In this document: in pieces, positions 19,126 through 27,089 of the stretch
Layout: the number at the start of each line of letters is the position of its first letter
Numbering within the stretch: position 1 is the stretch's first letter
Virus record (IMG/VR): IMGVR_UViG_2585428088_000002
Coordinates: 64,395-103,450 of that record
Strand: one strand, 5' to 3'
Source of the DNA: a virus
Length of the DNA stretch: 39,056 bases
Notes under the pieces: generated by a model
Told to the model about the DNA's origin: nothing
Database searches by the model: none
Seen by the model: the letters and a program-made list of their open reading frames with translations, nothing else
Made by a program: the position numbers and the translations under genes

Positions 19126-19917
19126 ATGCCTTTGATTCCAAGCGATGGTGTGGATTTTCTGTTAAAAGTAAATACCGGAACAGCCGAAATCCCAATCTGG
19201 ACGGTGATTGGCGGCCAGCGGGGCGCGACCTTGAGCCTGACAGCGGAACAGATCGATGCGTCCAATAAACAATCGGGAGCCTGGAAAACCAGCGTACCCG
19301 GCATGATGTCCTGGAGCATTGACGCCGATGCGGTGATGCTAACCGACGCATCAGGCCTGAGTATTGACGCGGGCCGTGCCAAGCTGCTCACGGTGTTTGC
19401 CAACCGCGAGCTGGTGCATGTGCGGTATGTCCGCAAGGATGGCTCGAAATTCCAAGGCTATGCGGCCATTACCGATTTGAGCGAGGAGTCTCCGCATGAC
19501 GGGGTAGCGACATATAAAATTACCTTGGCCGGAGCGGGTGCGCCGGAAGAGGTAAACGGCACCAAACAGGTGGAAACGGCTGAGGTTATCGGTGCCATTA
19601 CGACCGCCGGCAATGCCACCTTCACAGTGACTGCCGCCGGGATGACCGGCTCGCCAAAAGCCATCAGCGTAGCCGTGGCGCTCAATGATTCGGCGGCCGT
19701 AGTAGCGCAAAAAGGCAGAGAAGCTTTGGCTGCAGACAGCGCGGTGACAGCCAAATTCAGCGTGGGCGGCTATGGGGCTATCGTGGAACTGACAGCTTTG
19801 ACCGCAGCGGCTAATGACAGCACTCTCAATATTGCCATTGCCAACGGAACATGCGCCGGTTTGACAGCGGCTCCGGTTTCAGCGAATACAACTCCGGGCG
19901 TTGCGCCCGCAGCATAA
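19126..19917 (+). CDS. Major tail tube protein (TP901-1 family) with C-terminal accessory domain
   Basis: GGQRGATL...IDASNK..GAW....PG..SWSIDAD...APHD-like ESPHDGVATY; Ala/Thr-rich extension of about 115 aa. Confidence 0.88.
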   Translation: MPLIPSDGVDFLLKVNTGTAEIPIWTVIGGQRGATLSLTAEQIDASNKQSGAWKTSVPGMMSWSIDADAVMLTDASGLSIDAGRAKLLTVFANRELVHVRYVRKDGSKFQGYAAITDLSEESPHDGVATYKITLAGAGAPEEVNGTKQVETAEVIGAITTAGNATFTVTAAGMTGSPKAISVAVALNDSAAVVAQKGREALAADSAVTAKFSVGGYGAIVELTALTAAANDSTLNIAIANGTCAGLTAAPVSANTTPGVAPAA

Positions 19918-19922
19918 CGGAT

Positions 19923-19958
19923 GGGGTGTGCAGTTTGGACTGTGCACCCTGTTTTCTT
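19923..19958 (+). terminator. Terminator after the tail tube gene
   Basis: GGGTGTGCAG-tttgga-CTGTGCACCC-TGTTTT. Confidence 0.65.
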
Positions 19959-19978
19959 GAAAAATGGAGGAATGAACG

Positions 19979-20341
19979 ATGACAGGACCCGTGTTTATTA
20001 CGATTGGCGGCAAGGAGCGCCGCCTTCGCTACGATATTAACTCAGCCGCCGAGATGGAAGAACTGATGGGAGGAAAATCCCTGCTCTATGTGATGAGCAA
20101 TCCCATGGCGGCTGGCTTTTCGGCGATCCGCATTTTGCTCTGGGGCGGCTTAAAGCATGCGGAAAAAGGGATTACCTTGCAACGCGTGGGGCTAATGATG
20201 CAAGAATACATGGAAGCCGGCGGAAACTTCGGGGAACTGGCCGGCAAGATCGGGGAAGCCATCAAGGCCTCGAAGATCATGGGCGAAAGTCTGGCCGATG
20301 AAGAAGGAACGCAGGAGGAGAACGACGTGGGAAACGAGTGA
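19979..20341 (+). CDS. Tail assembly chaperone (gpG-like)
   Basis: Between tail tube and tape measure genes; ends in a slippery heptamer. Confidence 0.8.
   Translation: MTGPVFITIGGKERRLRYDINSAAEMEELMGGKSLLYVMSNPMAAGFSAIRILLWGGLKHAEKGITLQRVGLMMQEYMEAGGNFGELAGKIGEAIKASKIMGESLADEEGTQEENDVGNE
20329..20335 (+). other. -1 programmed ribosomal frameshift site G GGA AAC
   Basis: In-frame X XXY YYZ heptamer; the -1 frame reads GKRVTTVVQW into ORF 20338-20655; AGGAGGAG lies about 9 nt upstream. Confidence 0.8.
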
Positions 20342-20655
20342 CCACCGTAGTCCAGTGGATCGAAAAGGCCGCGCCGGTGGCTTACGGCCCGTTGGGCTTA
20401 AAGCCATGGGAATTTGGACGGCTGACCTTCGGCGAGTTTTACGAGCTGGCGGAAGGCTATCACTGGCGAACCAGGCAGGAACAAATAATGACAGCGGGTT
20501 TTGTCGCTTCCATTATCAACACCTGCACGTCGCGCGAGCTAAAAAAGCCGGTTACGGTGGATATGCTACTTGGCCGGGAGCCAAAAGAAAAACAAAAAGT
20601 AACGCAAGATGAAGCCAAGAGGGCAATAAAAGACTTGCTGTCGAAAGTGGGGTGA
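20338..20655 (+). CDS. Tail assembly chaperone gpT part (expressed as a G-T fusion)
   Basis: LGLKPWEFGRLTFGEF motif; -1 frame relative to the upstream chaperone. Confidence 0.8.
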   Translation: MTTVVQWIEKAAPVAYGPLGLKPWEFGRLTFGEFYELAEGYHWRTRQEQIMTAGFVASIINTCTSRELKKPVTVDMLLGREPKEKQKVTQDEAKRAIKDLLSKVG

Positions 20656-20659
20656 GACT

Positions 20660-23560
20660 ATGGCCGGGAACGCTTCGATGACGATTTTTATCGGCGGGGA
20701 CAACAGCGACTTTTTAAAAAAATGGGAGAGTACCAAGCGCGCACTCCGCAAAGGGCTTGGCTCGGAAGCGATGGCAGCGTCGGAGAGCATTGCGACCGGC
20801 CTAGCCGCCGCGACCGCAGCTCTCGCCGCTTTCGGGGTTGCCAGCATCAAACTGGCAGGCGACATGGATGCCAGCCGCAAAGCCTTGACTACGCTGTTGG
20901 GCGATGCTAAGGCCGCGGAAAAAATGCTCGCCGATTTGGCAACCTTTGCGGCGGATACTCCTTTTGAACTGCCGGGGCTTTTAACTGCATCGAAAAAACT
21001 ATTGGCCTTCGGCTTTGCGTCGCAAGACATCATTCCGATGCTGGCAGCAATCGGCGACGCGGCGGCCATGCTGGGCATCGGCGAGGAAGGCATTAGCCGT
21101 TTGACCAACGCTATTGGGCAGATGCAAGCCAAAGGGAAAGTGTCCGCCGAAGAGATGATGCAGCTAGCCGAAGCCGGAGTGCCGGCGTGGAAGTTCCTGG
21201 CGGACGCCATTGGAAAAGATATTCCCACAGCCATGAAAATGGCAGAGCAAGGGGCGATTGACAGCACTACCGGAATCAACGCGCTTTTAATGGGCATGCA
21301 GTCCAAATTCCAGGGCGGCATGGAAGCCATGAGCAAGACCATCCCCGGACTCATGTCGACTATCAAGGATAATGTGAGCATGGTCATGGTGGAAATCGGC
21401 GACAGCATCGCGAAAAACCTAAACCTAGTGGAAAAGCTGCAAGGTGTTGCCGACTGGCTGTCGCAATTTGCCGCGGCGGTGAAGGCGCTCGGGTTGAAAG
21501 AAGCGTTGCAAGGCATGATTCCGCCGGAAGTAATCGCTTCGGTGTTCGTCCTTTCCGGAGCACTTTTAGGCGCGGCGGTTCCGGCAATGGTGGCGCTTGG
21601 AATCGCGACTTGGACGGCGCTCGCACCGCTTCTGTCTTTCATCGCGATTGGCGCGGCGGTTGGCTTGCTGGCCTACGAGATTTGGGTCAACTGGGAGCCG
21701 CTGTCCGAGCTTTTCAGCACTTTGTGGAGTACGGTTACGGACATTTTTACTGATGCTTGGAACGCGATTACCAATGTCGTAGACAATGCTGTGACCACAG
21801 TGACTACAGCTATTTCTGACGCTTGGAATGCCATCGTAAGTTTCACGGTTGGCATCTGGAACAGCATTGTAACGACCTTATCCGAAGCGTGGAATTGGAT
21901 CACCGTTCTTGTTGAAGATGCTCTGAGTTCGGTGGCCCAGTTTATTGGCGATGGCTGGAACGCAGCGGGCGAAGCCACCTCCAGTGTATGGAATGGCATT
22001 GTGGATTTCATCGACGGCGCTTGGGCCAGCATTAAAGAGTTGGTTGCACAGGGAATCAACTGGATTGTAGACAAACTCAGTCCGTTGAAAAGCTTTTTTG
22101 CCCAGTTTATTCCCGATTCGGTGGGGAATTGGTTTAACAAGGTCACTGAAGGAATCGGCAAAATAGGCGCGGTGGCGGGAAAGTTCAGCTTTGGCTTTAG
22201 CCGCAAGGATATATCCGCTCTACTCCCTCAGATGACGAAGCCTAACACCAAGTTCACAGGCCTAACTAATGCTACCCCAGCAACCGCTTCTCCAACTACA
22301 GGCGGAGGAGCTGATAAAGAATACGAAAAACTCCAGAAAAAAGCGGAGCAAGCGAGTAAGGCAATTGAAAAAGAATGGCTGCAGCTTACCGCTACCCAGA
22401 TGGACGCCCTCGAAGCATGGTATGCCGATGAACTGGACACCTTGAACGAATCTAAGGATGCCAATGAAAACTATGAGAGGGATGTCCTGTGTCTTAATGA
22501 GATTTACACCGCGAAAAAGAAAAAGATTCTGCTCGATGAGCAAAAAGAAAACAACCGGATTGCCGATCAGGCGAGTGACCTAGCCCGGAGTCTTTCCGAT
22601 AAGCTAGGCGGGCTTGGCTTGACTGGCGTCGATAAGCAGAAGTTTGACATCGCAACCGATGCGACGCGGCAAATAGATGAAGTGCGGAAAAAATACAGAG
22701 ATCTTGCCCTGGAGTATTCCGCCAGCACAGCCGATCAGCAGGACCAGTTCCGCAAAGCGTGGGAAACCAATGGAATCCAGTTTTCTATCACAGAAATCGG
22801 CATGGTAGATTTTTGCCGCCAGGCGGCTGCCGAACAGGTCGCCATTGAAGCTGAGAAAAGCAAAAAAATTAAAGATCTGCACTATGACCGCGTCAAGTTT
22901 CAGGAGGAACTGGACCGGGCGCGCGCGGATGGAGACGTAGCCAAATTCCAGCAGCTTCTAACTACCGAGCAGGCGATGTTCGCACAAGACTTGGCAGGAA
23001 AACAGCAATACATTGACACGTATTATGAAGTTTGGAAGGGGTCTCATAAATCCTCCATGGAAATTATGGCTCAGCAAATGGCCGGTACTTATGACGGCCT
23101 GAAAGGCTTTTTCTCAGACATTCTTACTGGTACAAAGTCCATAGGCGAAGCCTGGCAAGCCCTAGGCAAAAGCATAATGAAAATCATTGCAGATATGGCG
23201 GCACAGTGGCTGGCTAGCCAAATTACCATGTCTTTGTTTCCCGCACTGGCGCCTGCAAAATCGCGAGGCGGGATATCCGGAATTCCCGGACAATATGCTG
23301 CCGGCGGTAACTACTCCGGTGGTCTTGCTTTAGTAGGGGAAAAGGGGCCAGAATTGATTAACTTTAATCGCGGTGGATATGTGTTTACTGCGGCTGAAAC
23401 AAAGAAAATGTTAAGTCAAAGCGCCGATTCAAGAACGAGCCGACCTATGGTCATTACTATGAACATCACGACACCGGATGCGGCCAGTTTCCGCCGCAGT
23501 CAGTCGCAAATTTTGGCAGAAGCAAATGCTGCTTTGGCTATGGGAAGGAGAAATCTCTAA
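20660..23560 (+). CDS. Tape measure protein
   Basis: 966 aa; tape-measure domain FAADTPFE...GQMQAKGK; Trp-periodic repeats; C-terminal VGEKGPEL and DAASFRRSQSQI. Confidence 0.93.
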   Translation: MAGNASMTIFIGGDNSDFLKKWESTKRALRKGLGSEAMAASESIATGLAAATAALAAFGVASIKLAGDMDASRKALTTLLGDAKAAEKMLADLATFAADTPFELPGLLTASKKLLAFGFASQDIIPMLAAIGDAAAMLGIGEEGISRLTNAIGQMQAKGKVSAEEMMQLAEAGVPAWKFLADAIGKDIPTAMKMAEQGAIDSTTGINALLMGMQSKFQGGMEAMSKTIPGLMSTIKDNVSMVMVEIGDSIAKNLNLVEKLQGVADWLSQFAAAVKALGLKEALQGMIPPEVIASVFVLSGALLGAAVPAMVALGIATWTALAPLLSFIAIGAAVGLLAYEIWVNWEPLSELFSTLWSTVTDIFTDAWNAITNVVDNAVTTVTTAISDAWNAIVSFTVGIWNSIVTTLSEAWNWITVLVEDALSSVAQFIGDGWNAAGEATSSVWNGIVDFIDGAWASIKELVAQGINWIVDKLSPLKSFFAQFIPDSVGNWFNKVTEGIGKIGAVAGKFSFGFSRKDISALLPQMTKPNTKFTGLTNATPATASPTTGGGADKEYEKLQKKAEQASKAIEKEWLQLTATQMDALEAWYADELDTLNESKDANENYERDVLCLNEIYTAKKKKILLDEQKENNRIADQASDLARSLSDKLGGLGLTGVDKQKFDIATDATRQIDEVRKKYRDLALEYSASTADQQDQFRKAWETNGIQFSITEIGMVDFCRQAAAEQVAIEAEKSKKIKDLHYDRVKFQEELDRARADGDVAKFQQLLTTEQAMFAQDLAGKQQYIDTYYEVWKGSHKSSMEIMAQQMAGTYDGLKGFFSDILTGTKSIGEAWQALGKSIMKIIADMAAQWLASQITMSLFPALAPAKSRGGISGIPGQYAAGGNYSGGLALVGEKGPELINFNRGGYVFTAAETKKMLSQSADSRTSRPMVITMNITTPDAASFRRSQSQILAEANAALAMGRRNL

Positions 23561-23561
23561 C

Positions 23562-24167
23562 ATGCAAGCTTTTCACGAAGTGCAGTTCCCGCCGGATATT
23601 TCTTATGGAGTAACTGGGGGGCCGGAGTATTCTACCGATGTTGTTATTACTGGTTCGGGCTATGAGCAGCGTAATATCAATTGGTCTCAGGCAAGGTGTA
23701 AGTACCAAGCCGCTCATGGTGTGAAAAATGAAGATCAAATGAGACGGTTACTGGCCTTCTTTCGGGCTCGACGAGGCAAGGCATATGGTTTTCGTTTCAA
23801 AGATTGGCTCGACTTTAGGGGAAAAGGAGAATATATCGGTACAGGCGATGGCAAAAAGACAACATTTCAACTGAGTAAAACCTATATAGACGATGGTGGA
23901 TATACCGATGTACGTAAAATCAGAAAACCAGTCGTTGAAACAGTGAAAGTGTATCTTGCTGGTATTGAGCAGCAAGCCAATTGGTCGGTAAATTTCACTA
24001 ATGGCGTCATTACTTTTGTCTCGGCACCGGCTCAAGATGCTGTTATTACTGCTGATTTCGAGTTTGACGTGCCCGTTCGATTTGATACCGACCATTGTCC
24101 TCAGTCTATCAAAGACTGGAATATTTACGGCTGGGATAATATCCCCCTCATAGAAATACGTGTTTAG
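23562..24167 (+). CDS. DUF2460 (GTA-like distal tail protein)
   Basis: FHEVQFP.DISYG..GGPEYSTDVV...G.EQRN..WS; FFRARRGKAYGFRFKDW.D; FEFDVPVRFDTD. Confidence 0.92.
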   Translation: MQAFHEVQFPPDISYGVTGGPEYSTDVVITGSGYEQRNINWSQARCKYQAAHGVKNEDQMRRLLAFFRARRGKAYGFRFKDWLDFRGKGEYIGTGDGKKTTFQLSKTYIDDGGYTDVRKIRKPVVETVKVYLAGIEQQANWSVNFTNGVITFVSAPAQDAVITADFEFDVPVRFDTDHCPQSIKDWNIYGWDNIPLIEIRV

Positions 24168-24178
24168 GGAAAAAAAAT

Positions 24179-24535
24179 ATGGCCATCATTGTCTATAACG
24201 GCACGGTTACAACAGGAGGGACAGATGGAAAACCAGTAACACAAGATAATCCCATTGTTGTTTCTGCAGATAGAGGCACGGTATCTGAAGCTCTGAATCT
24301 TGCGCTGCGTGCCACAGGTCCCTTTCATTTCTTATGCAATATTAAAGTTACAGGAAAAGATGCTGAGGCTGTGCAGTTATCACTCGACGGCGTTACATGG
24401 TCTCAAAATTTATTTATCCAGCAGGCGGACACAGTCAACCGTCTGTTTTTTTTACGGACAGTAGTCGGCGATGAGGAAGATTATGGTGATAACACTACCG
24501 TATCGCTCAAGCTAGACTACTATCAACCGGTTTAG
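24179..24535 (+). CDS. Tail-tip associated beta-rich protein, paralog 1
   Basis: N-terminal VYNGTVTTGGTDGKPV; within the tail operon. Confidence 0.7.
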   Translation: MAIIVYNGTVTTGGTDGKPVTQDNPIVVSADRGTVSEALNLALRATGPFHFLCNIKVTGKDAEAVQLSLDGVTWSQNLFIQQADTVNRLFFLRTVVGDEEDYGDNTTVSLKLDYYQPV

Positions 24536-24545
24536 GGGTGATAGT

Positions 24546-24944
24546 TTGGGATTGAAATTTTATATTAATGGAACCGTTGGTGCCAAAGATGGTACATTAG
24601 TGTCTAGTGGCAGTATGACGTCTCCTATTGTCTTTGACGGCATGTATCCGGGAGCAAGCGGATCACAAGTCTCAAAAACTATTTTTATTCGCGCCGACGA
24701 CGGTGAGACTTGGCGTGATGTCAACGTGCAGTTTAAGGGAAGCACTTCTGCCCGTTTCGAATATTCTTCTCCCTCATCCGGCTTTGTTACTAATTATGAC
24801 ACGAACACACCACAAGTCATACTATTTCTTCCTAAGGTTACTTCAAATAATATTTCGTTCGTGGTAACCGCTAAATCTCTTTCCAGTGAATCTACATCAC
24901 CCGACACTTCCGTATCTTTAGTCGCTTGGGGGTGGCAAAGCTAA
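24546..24944 (+). CDS. Tail-tip associated beta-rich protein, paralog 2
   Basis: AGGGGTG RBS and TTG start; FYINGTVGAKDGTLV. Confidence 0.7.
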   Translation: MGLKFYINGTVGAKDGTLVSSGSMTSPIVFDGMYPGASGSQVSKTIFIRADDGETWRDVNVQFKGSTSARFEYSSPSSGFVTNYDTNTPQVILFLPKVTSNNISFVVTAKSLSSESTSPDTSVSLVAWGWQS

Positions 24945-25372
24945 TGGCGCATTTACGCTTGTATAAAAGGGGAACTCCGGGACTAACAGATGGTATTGAG
25001 CTGATACCGGGGACAGATATGATTGATGCGAGTGGCCTTTATCCTAGAATACCGTCAGGACATGTAAGTGCAGCGGTTATGTCCTTATGCTTACGATGTG
25101 ATCCTGGCTTCAAAGCAACGAGTGTGACTATTTCAGCTGTTTCTCCAGGCATATCAGGTGTATATGGTAATGTTTACGGGCCAATTACTACGGTAGCTCA
25201 GTGGGAAAGCCTTTCGAGCATGAGTAATATTGTAAACTGGGGTTGCAGTATTTCGACTGTGTTAAATGTTAATATCATGTTTTTGCTTGCAGTCTATGCC
25301 TATTCTGGATACCCTGCCATAAATCAAGCTGGGAATCTCTTAAATATCTCCTTTACCGAGGCCGCGCTATAA
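24944..25372 (+). CDS. Tail-tip associated beta-rich protein, paralog 3
   Basis: TAATG coupling with the upstream gene; LYKRGTPGLTDGIEL. Confidence 0.7.
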   Translation: MAHLRLYKRGTPGLTDGIELIPGTDMIDASGLYPRIPSGHVSAAVMSLCLRCDPGFKATSVTISAVSPGISGVYGNVYGPITTVAQWESLSSMSNIVNWGCSISTVLNVNIMFLLAVYAYSGYPAINQAGNLLNISFTEAAL

Positions 25373-26644
25373 ATGGCTACTACCCTAATCTGGCAGGCCC
25401 AGTTTAAAACGTATGGGAATAACACTACTGAGTATTTGGCGGATACTAAACGCATTTGGACTCCGGGAGGATTGACTTGGCAAGCTCAGTATCGAACAAA
25501 CGCAAACAATCAGACTGAATTCATAGCCGATATGCAGAGAAACTGGATTCCAGGCGGATTGATATGGCAAGCGCAGTATAGAACGTATGGTAATAACCAA
25601 ACGGAGTATTCAGCGGATATCCAGAGAATCTGGGTCCCGGGTGGATTAACGTGGCAAGCTCAGTTTAAGACGTATGGTAATAGTAACAGTGAAAGTATTG
25701 GCGACATATTCCGCATTGTAGGCGTTACGCTTATTTATCGTACCGATATTGCTCCGCTAATTCGAAGAGTGAATCAGCCTCCTGGAGTACCTTGGTTACA
25801 AGAAGAAGTAACAACAGCGGCATGGTGCTGGAAGCTTTCGCTTAGGGACGGGACGGTATTTGGGTTTACCAATCATGATGAAGATATCACCTTAGGCGGT
25901 GTAACGTACGAAGCATCCACCGGCTTTGTCCCAACTGCTGTGGAAACCTCAAATAACATGGCAGTAGATAATCTGGAAGTCGAGGGCTTTTTAGACAGTA
26001 GCCGAATTCAGGCGGAGGATATTGCTACAGGGCGATTCGATTTTGCTAAAGTTGAAGTCTTTTTGTGCAACTGGAGGAATACCAAAGATCCTTTATTAGT
26101 TGTCCGTAAAGGAACAACAGGACAAATAAAAACCGGCAAGTACGGATTCCAGGCAGAAGTTCGGGGATTGCTTGAGGCCTATCAACAATCAGCAGGTACA
26201 GTGTATCAGAAAAGCTGCCGGGCAAAGCTTGGCGATTTTCAATGTAAAATTGAGCTTAGCCTATTAACTACATTTGGACAGGTAATGCAGGTAAACCAGA
26301 ATGGAACAATTCAGACTAATCTTTCTCAGTCTAAGGGTTATTTCGACTACGGAGTAATGACTTTTAATACGGGTGGCAATAGCGGGTGTCAGTATGAAGT
26401 AAAGACCTTTGAAGATGGATTACTAACGCTTTTCCTGCCAGCCACTTTTAGCGTAGCGATAGGGGATACCTTTTCTATAACGCCCGGATGTGATGGTAAC
26501 TTTTCAACTTGTCGGAAAAAGTTTAATAATGGGATGAATTTCAGAGGAGAGCCGCATATACCGGGCAATGATTATCAATCGGCATATCCGGGACAAGGCT
26601 CCAGTAATACCGTTTCAGAAGGCAGTAATCTTAGACGTGGATAG
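25373..26644 (+). CDS. DUF2163/BR0599 GTA-like hub protein with an N-terminal repeat extension
   Basis: CWKL...DG.VFGFT.HD, NMAVDNLEV, CRAKLGD.QC, GCDG...TC..KF.N..NFRGEPHIPG. Confidence 0.9.
   Translation: MATTLIWQAQFKTYGNNTTEYLADTKRIWTPGGLTWQAQYRTNANNQTEFIADMQRNWIPGGLIWQAQYRTYGNNQTEYSADIQRIWVPGGLTWQAQFKTYGNSNSESIGDIFRIVGVTLIYRTDIAPLIRRVNQPPGVPWLQEEVTTAAWCWKLSLRDGTVFGFTNHDEDITLGGVTYEASTGFVPTAVETSNNMAVDNLEVEGFLDSSRIQAEDIATGRFDFAKVEVFLCNWRNTKDPLLVVRKGTTGQIKTGKYGFQAEVRGLLEAYQQSAGTVYQKSCRAKLGDFQCKIELSLLTTFGQVMQVNQNGTIQTNLSQSKGYFDYGVMTFNTGGNSGCQYEVKTFEDGLLTLFLPATFSVAIGDTFSITPGCDGNFSTCRKKFNNGMNFRGEPHIPGNDYQSAYPGQGSSNTVSEGSNLRRG
25385..25723 (+). repeat. About 3.9 tandem 87-bp (29-aa) intragenic repeats
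   Basis: L(I/T)WQAQ(F/Y)(K/R)T..N..E...D..R.W.PGG units starting at 25385, 25472, 25559 and 25646. Confidence 0.95.
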
Positions 26645-26657
26645 GAGGGAATCGGCA

Positions 26658-27089
26658 GTGACGCGTGGAGAAATAGTAGAGGAGGCTCGTTCCTGGATTG
26701 GTACAAGGTGGGTTCATCAGGCCTGCCTAAAGAATGTAGCCGCGGATTGTGTTGGATTAATACGAGGGGTTTATGAACGCATTACCGGTCAAGCGGTGAA
26801 GGTAGTAATTGATTATCCGGCTACCTGGCATTTATTTAAGGCGGAGGAACGCTTATACAATGAAGTAAAAAATTATCTAGCAGAAATTCCTGTAGAAGAA
26901 GCGCGTCCTGGTGATGTGCTTCTTTTTGGTTTTGGAAAAGGTCCAGCGCATCATGCAGGTATTTTAGCAACATCACATACGTTTATTCATTCATGGGCCG
27001 ACGTAGGAAAAGTATCGGAAACCAGGCTGGATGAGTTTTGGACAAAAAATATCCGGGCCGCTTTTCGGTATCCTGGAGTTCTTGACTAA
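26658..27089 (+). CDS. NlpC/P60 family tail peptidase
   Basis: ARSWIGT...HQ......DCVGLIRGV, PGDVLLF, HAGI, FIHS; AGGAGG RBS and GTG start. Confidence 0.9.
   Translation: MTRGEIVEEARSWIGTRWVHQACLKNVAADCVGLIRGVYERITGQAVKVVIDYPATWHLFKAEERLYNEVKNYLAEIPVEEARPGDVLLFGFGKGPAHHAGILATSHTFIHSWADVGKVSETRLDEFWTKNIRAAFRYPGVLD

Noticed and set aside
20566-21642. Long minus-strand ORFs (358 aa here; also 10419-11279 and 34598-35452)
   Set aside because: Antisense shadows of well-supported GC-rich genes, with no motifs or RBS
21670-22140. Trp-periodic repeats in the tape measure protein
   Set aside because: Ordinary feature of tape measure proteins
25385-25723. 87-bp repeats as a CRISPR array or DGR template/variable repeat
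   Set aside because: In-frame coding repeats with no spacers, differences not confined to adenines, and no cas or reverse transcriptase gene in the window
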